From NCBI RefSeq assembly GCF_009914755.1, contig NC_060930.1: DNA of 64,000 bases; one strand, written 5' to 3'. This DNA comes from the human T2T-CHM13v2.0 reference genome, Homo sapiens. Shown one piece after another: positions 57,960-64,000 of the stretch. Under the pieces are notes generated by a model. That model searched no databases. It had not been told where the DNA came from and saw only the letters and a list, made by a program, of their open reading frames with translations. The stretch's first letter is position 1; every line of letters starts with the position of its first letter. The translations under genes and the position numbers were made by a program.

Positions 57960-58705
57960 AACATGTGTTTATGGGACCATTCGTGTCAGGTGTTGGGGCT
58001 GAACAGACTAAGGCTTCTTATCCTTAGAAAACTTGCACATCAGGAGAAATGGCCACTCAAACCATATTCCAACATAGCATCTTGTGTTCTGTAGTGATCT
58101 GTGAGAGGTGTTGTGTGAACATAGGAAAGCACCTACCTAAGGAGATGGTGCTTGAGGCAAAAGAGATGGGGAATTTGGTTGGAAAGCCAAAAATTTAAGC
58201 AAGATACAGAAGCATGAGAGGCATTGTGGTATATGTGGGGAACCCTGGACTTCAGTGTAGCTGGAAATACTGAGCAGTGGGGGAGGATCAGCTGGAGATG
58301 ACCTGGAAGACTAAAGAGAGGGAAGCCCAGTGTTGAGGGACCTTACCTACTGAACAGTTTCAAGTTTATCCTGTTGGTAAAAGGGCAAGCCCATAGGGAT
58401 GTTTGGAGAGTGGCAGAAGCTCTGTGTTCTGTGAAGGTCCTCCTAGCTTCACTGTGTTAGTGAATTTGAGCTGTGGAAAGTTAGCTGTGATACTACTGAG
58501 GGGGCTCCTGGAATAGTCAGGCAAAGATGGTGAGGCTATAAACCAAGGAAGCTAGAATAGAGATTGTAGGGGACTTGTTGGAATTGAGAATTTTGCGGGG
58601 AGGTAGATATGGCAGGACTCGGTGACTAATTGGATAATTGGGGTGAGGGAGATGAGCTAAGGGTGATGTTTCAGAAATCTGGCTTGGGACAACTGAGCGG
58701 ATGAT
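57960..58705 (-). mobile_element. L2 3' region
   Basis: gcaggactcggtgactaattggat; purine-rich antisense L2. Confidence 0.6.
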
Positions 58706-58759
58706 TGTTTTCTTGTATATGTTTTTATTCCCCATCCCTACTCCCAGGACCATGGGGCA

Positions 58760-59425
58760 GTACTGCTTTCTTAGGCTGCTGTAATAATCTTCTACTGATT
58801 TCTCTGCTTCTGCAGTTTCTCCCTCCATTCCATGCCCTACATGGTGGCCAGAGTATCTTTCAGAATATAAATAGATAAGGAAACTCCTCTGCTTAAATCT
58901 CATCAATGGCTTTCTGCGGAATTTAGAATAAAATTCAGAATCCTTTACATAACCTTTATGTCAGCCTGATCTACTTCTGGCCTGTCCAGTCTCATCTTGT
59001 GCCACCTTCCCTTTTGCTTACCAGTTGTTATCCACCCTGGCCGTAGTCTTTCAGGTCCCAGAATGGATTTACCTCCTTTTAGTCTCAGAGTCTTCTCACA
59101 CGCACTGTGTTTCCTCTTCCTAGAATGTTTTCTTCCCCTCTTTTCATATGAGTAAATTTAATTCATCCTTTAGGTCTCAGATAAATGTCACTTCCTGAGA
59201 GAAGCCTTTCTTGTCCTTTCCCTTCACCGCTTCTGGATAGGTGTTTCCTTCTATTCTTCCCATATTCTTTTCTTGCCAGTGTTTAATCACAGTTTGTAAG
59301 TATATGTCTGGATGTACATTGTTTAATGTCTGTCTCTCCCACCACTGTACGTACAAGCTCTGTGAATTCACGGAACTTGACTCTTTTGCTCACAATGCAA
59401 TAAATATTTATGGAAAGAATACTGA
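58760..59425 (+). mobile_element. L2 3' region
   Basis: ctcctctgcttaaatctcatcaatggcttt...tcctttaggtctcagataaatgtcacttcct...caataaatatttatgga. Confidence 0.75.
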
Positions 59426-60769
59426 CTTTTAAGTGATTACTCTAGGCTGTTCTAGAATAAAAACAATCACATCAGTGGTATTTAAATCATCCATTTAAAG
59501 GAAGAGTAGGAACAGATAGTTATGGTAGCCAAAAGTTTTCTGTTTGAAAATACATTGAATTTTATCATTACCCTGATACTACTCTTCAAAAATCAGTGGG
59601 ACAAAAACATTTTAATCCTATGATCCCTAGGCCTCATTTCTCATGAGAAGCAAACCAATAAAGCAGCTGAATTGACGTATTGTGGAAAATTATAACACCT
59701 TCCCTTTATTTAAGAAGGAGGTGATAAAAGAGAATAGCAAATTCTGGGAGAAGGCAGTAATTAGGAGGATCGTTTTATCTAAGTGGAATTCTCAATGAAG
59801 AATCTTTCGTATGTTGGAAGTCTGAGCAGTTTATGATGGTCAGTTTGAGAAACTTTTTTTATATATGTATTCTCACAGTATAATCCAGAGGGTCATGAGT
59901 TGTGTTTAAAGCAGCAGTTTCAAATGTGACTACAGAACATACAGCTTGATTTATTTTCTTGAGAATGAATTCCCCATTAGATTAAAATTTATTATAAGTG
60001 GCTGAAATCGCTTTAGCATCTTTTTGGGTTCTTTTTAATGCTGTATTTTTGATATATAGTTGTAAACATAGATTGACTTGAATAAGGTCACGTTTATATA
60101 CCTTTCTTTCTTGTTCTAGAGAGTAGTTTGGAATTTTAGGTCGGACACTGAGACAGTGTTACACGTTAGAATCGCTGAGGTGAATATGTAGTTGTCTATT
60201 TCTCCATCATTATTTAAAAATGAAATGGTGTGAATAAATGCTAACATTCCCTGAGGAAAAGGCCAGCCTGGTCATGTTGGGACTGTGGGACTCTCGATGT
60301 TTACAGCAATCCGGGACTCACAAACAGCTATCAAAACGGTGCTCCTGGCAGATGCATGGTCTGCTGTGCTGTAAGCTATTTCAGTTCACATCAGGAAGTA
60401 CTCTAAAGAAGGATTGCTATGCTCCAGCCAGCAGAGGGTAGTGTACACATGAAAGTTAACTACCAATTTGTAAGCCTTCCTTTGGTTTCTTTGGCAAGTG
60501 TGTTAAAATTCCTCGAGTGGTTTATGTTTAGAATTAGCAGTACTGATAGGACAGGAAATTGGCTGGGTGGGACAGTGGTTAAAGGAGTCCTGCCTAAAAC
60601 TTTAGATCTGAAATATGTGCTACCATAATGTTGCTGTTCAGTGAGGAATGTCCTCTAAATGTCAAACTCTATTTTGAATGACCCACTAATCCACCATGTG
60701 GGAAATTAACTCTTTAGCCATTGTTTTGATGTAATTTCTACTAAAAAAAAAAGAGAATCACAATGGGAA

Positions 60770-60960
60770 AAACATGAGTTTTGAAGTCTGATTTAGGCTA
60801 CAATTCTGGCAATGCTACTTACCAGCTGTGTGATTTGTGGTAGATTATTTAAACTCTTTAGCCCCCTTGTGTCCCTATCTGTAAAATTTAGATGATACTT
60901 TTCTGCAAAAAGATACGGAAAATTAAATAATTATGTAATAACACATAGTTTGGTAGGAAA
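60770..60960 (+). mobile_element. MIR
   Basis: gctacttaccagctgtgtgattt...cctatctgtaaaat. Confidence 0.65.
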
Positions 60961-63779
60961 TATATCTTCCTTTCTTGAATCATAACTTGTGTATTTCTTA
61001 TAATGTTTACAATTGCTGATTGTCTTAAAAGGATAAATGATAGGGCTGAATGCTGTATGTCTTCCTTATGTAGCCATTTATGGCTAGCACAAATTTACCT
61101 ACAGAAACTCTTCTGATTATAAAAAATGATAATAGTATAGTCAATAGTCTTAATATTTTATTCATATCGTCTTAATTACTATCAATGGTTAAGAAATTTG
61201 GAAATTGTAGTCTTTTTATCACCATAGTCTTCTCTCTTGCCATTTCCTAATTCTTGTGTGTTTTTATTTTTCCATCAAATAGGTTTTGCTTACTAAACTT
61301 TGGCAGAACTCGGGTTTTATGATACGTAGGTGATATCACAATGAATAGTGGTAGACAGATTTAGAAATGTTAGCGAAACCAAAAGTCAAACACTGGGATG
61401 AGCTTGAGTTAATGGGGAGATCAAAGATTGTGTTTGCTGAGGATACTCTTCTCCTTTTAAGTAAGCACTTTGGCCTTTGAGATACTGTGCTGAAAAAAAA
61501 ACAACTTGCAGATATTCCTGGTTGAGACGCGCAGGGAATGTGAATAGAGAAGAGTCATGAAAAGGTGATGAAAAATATGTAGAGTTGAATATCATCGTCT
61601 CAGATGTAAGCCCTGGCAAACTAAACCAAAGATAGGATGAAAGAGAGGTAGAGAGAAAAGAGAAAACAAAAAATGAGTTTGCCATTTTTTTTTAGCATTA
61701 AGGTAATAAAAGTTCTGAATGCTGCATAGAGTATAGTATATTTCGTATGGTCTGGGTATATTTTAAATGTGTATTGTTCATAGATATGTGGTATTTATAT
61801 GTATGATTATATGTGATATGTGTTGGACCATAGACATACTGAGTGTTTCGTGAGAAACATTTTATGAACTATGGTCTTTCCACTTAAGTGAAAATAGTAG
61901 CCAAAGTCCTTGGAATGTCTTACTCGAAGCAGGACTTGTGCTGCTAGATAATAGACTGGCGCCTGCCAGATCTCTGGCTGTGTAAGGGATTTGGAGCTTT
62001 TGGGTTTTCCAGAGTTTCTGTTATAAATGATAGATGTTGTGTTTTGCAATCAGGAGTCATTTGGTCTTCTAGAAAGGGGACATTTTAGCACAGAACCCAA
62101 ACATACACTTCACACTGATTCTGCTCTACTACCTGGGAAATAAGAAAATAGCATTTTCTCCCCAGGAGTTGCATTTCTAAGGTTAATGATCTTTCCCACC
62201 TTCTCCAGTAGCATGTATGTCTTTGCCACCGTGTCCCCATAGCACTGAATAGAACACATGGTCGGTTAAGGGCTTATTTTGCCTTTATTCTGAGAGGTCT
62301 AAACTATTACAGAAAAGAATGTCTTAAGTAGTGAGTGTTTTCTCAATAATCGTTAGCATACATTTTAATCATTACTTTTGGATTTTTCAGGCTTTTGCTG
62401 TTCATTCCCAGTCTCTGACTCTAATCTTTATATTCTCTGATTTTATTACCAATAGTTGCCCTATTTCTATCCCTCTGGTCAAAGATAAACTATTTTATTA
62501 ATCCCTTCCTTTGGTCCGTAGAGGAAGCCCATCTTCCATTGTGCTTTGGGCTTTGTCTTCTGCCTCCCTCTTGTGAGCTGCATAACCACAGCTTAGGTCA
62601 GCTAGGCACGCTAGTAATTGAGCCTGGGTCAGCTTGCTGGAATCACATTTCTGTCCTACCTTAGCCTCCTTACTACTGCAGTTCTAGAATATTCCATGAA
62701 GTAATCCACAGGCAGTTTGAGGGGGAGGTGATCTTGCATGGCCTAGAGGGGCCATGAGGAGAATAGTGGACATGAGGGCAGAGCTAGAATACCTGACTGC
62801 ATTCTGATTCCCCTTGTACAGAGGAAAGTGAGATGTCATTCTGCAAAGTGATAGGTAATTGAATGTAAGCCCCAGATATCAAGGGAAAGCCTGAGAATTA
62901 TGGACAATTTGAACTTATTTAGATTTTAGCCAAGCGGTTGGCATATTAAATTTGCATTTTAATAAATTAGGTTTGGTCTCAGTATGGAGAATACACTAGG
63001 GAAGGAAACACTGGAGGCAGGGCAGCTGGCCATTTACGGAAAAGAGGCGGGGATGAGGGAGGCCTAGATTAAATGTTGGAGTTATGAGTGGAGAGAAGTG
63101 GATTTGAGATGTTTAGGATATACGAGTTAAGATTTTAGGACTGACCAAATCTGAGAAGAGGGATTTGACGCAGGTTTCTGATTTTGATGACTGGATGGGG
63201 AACAATGCCAAGAATTGTGAGGATCAACATGGTAGCTGAAAAGATGACAGCATCTGGACATAGCTTTAAAATAAAAACCGAAGAAAAACATTCTGCCAGG
63301 ATTAAGCTAACACAGCTTAGGAAGTGATCAAGTTTTCTAGTGATCTTACTGACATAAGGACAGAATTTCGAATACCTGGAGGAGTAGTTGATGGACTTCA
63401 GTCAGACTTTTGATGAAAGTTGAAGTAGTTGACGTTAAATGGTGGAACATTGTTCTGTGTTGCCGTTATCCTGGCACAGTCCTGATATGTGGACCAGACT
63501 TGAGTCTACCTGTGGAGTCATCTGTTCTTTCAGGGTTTTGTTATCCTTCAGCTTCCCTGTGGCTCTTACACCTCCTCTTGATATGAAAAGTCTGTGCCAT
63601 TGAAATATATCCTTAGTTAATAGGCCTTCATTAGTAAGACCTCTCATCCAGTTCTACTTCTTTCTTGGTGGGCTCCTCAGCTGTCATGGCCTTAGTCCAT
63701 CACCTATATTCTCAGAGCTCCTCCTGCTTCTTGAGTTGGGGAAGAAGATAGCTCTTTTGGAGAAAACCTCATTACATTG

Positions 63780-64000
63780 TAATTAAGGGTGCAGTCTTTA
63801 GAGTCAAACAGATCTGTGTTCAAAGCCTAGCTCTGCCACTTACCAGGTGTATTATCTTGGACCTGTACTCTTAAGTAATTCCTCATCTGTAAAGTGGTAC
63901 TAATCGTTTACTTATTTCTTAGAGCTGACAAGTTTTGTTAGGTCGTACATATAAAGCATTTAGTATTGTTTTTGGTCCATACAAAATAACCAGCAAATGT
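63780..64000 (+). mobile_element. MIR
   Basis: ctttagagtcaaacagatctgtgttcaaagcctagctctgccacttacc...cctcatctgtaaa. Confidence 0.75.

Noticed and set aside
62720-63430. Possible CR1/L3 relic (DFSQTFD-like translation)
   Set aside because: Similarity too weak to support by eye

Overview
Human (primate) genomic DNA, recognised from its translated exons as the HINT3-TRMT11 locus (chr6q22); it is not prokaryotic and has no CRISPR array or operon. Both genes lie on the + strand. HINT3 contributes its last two coding exons (HIT motif HLHLHVL, stop at 4297) and a ~2.6 kb 3'UTR. After ~6 kb of intergenic DNA comes a CpG-island promoter and TRMT11 coding exons 1-12 (1260 nt, 420 codons, all GT-AG and in phase; no final coding exon found in the window). 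The rest is introns rich in Alu, L1, L2, MIR, MER/Tigger and MLT1 relics, and almost all ORF-track entries are repeat-derived or chance. I find no convincing new multi-gene system. Best leads: (1) a young tailless 5S rRNA retrocopy (nt 1-50, 12-bp TSD) antisense in the distal HINT3 3'UTR; (2) three candidate poison exons in TRMT11; (3) a perfect 20-bp promoter duplication whose junction creates TTC-N4-GAA and that carries an in-frame upstream ATG; (4) a zero-spacer inverted Alu pair with a G4-forming insert in intron 1; (5) a 9-nt duplication that pulled an intronic G into a Trp codon; (6) an unexplained ~38-bp direct repeat flanking exon 8. Repeat names and boundaries are by eye, from remembered consensus sequences.
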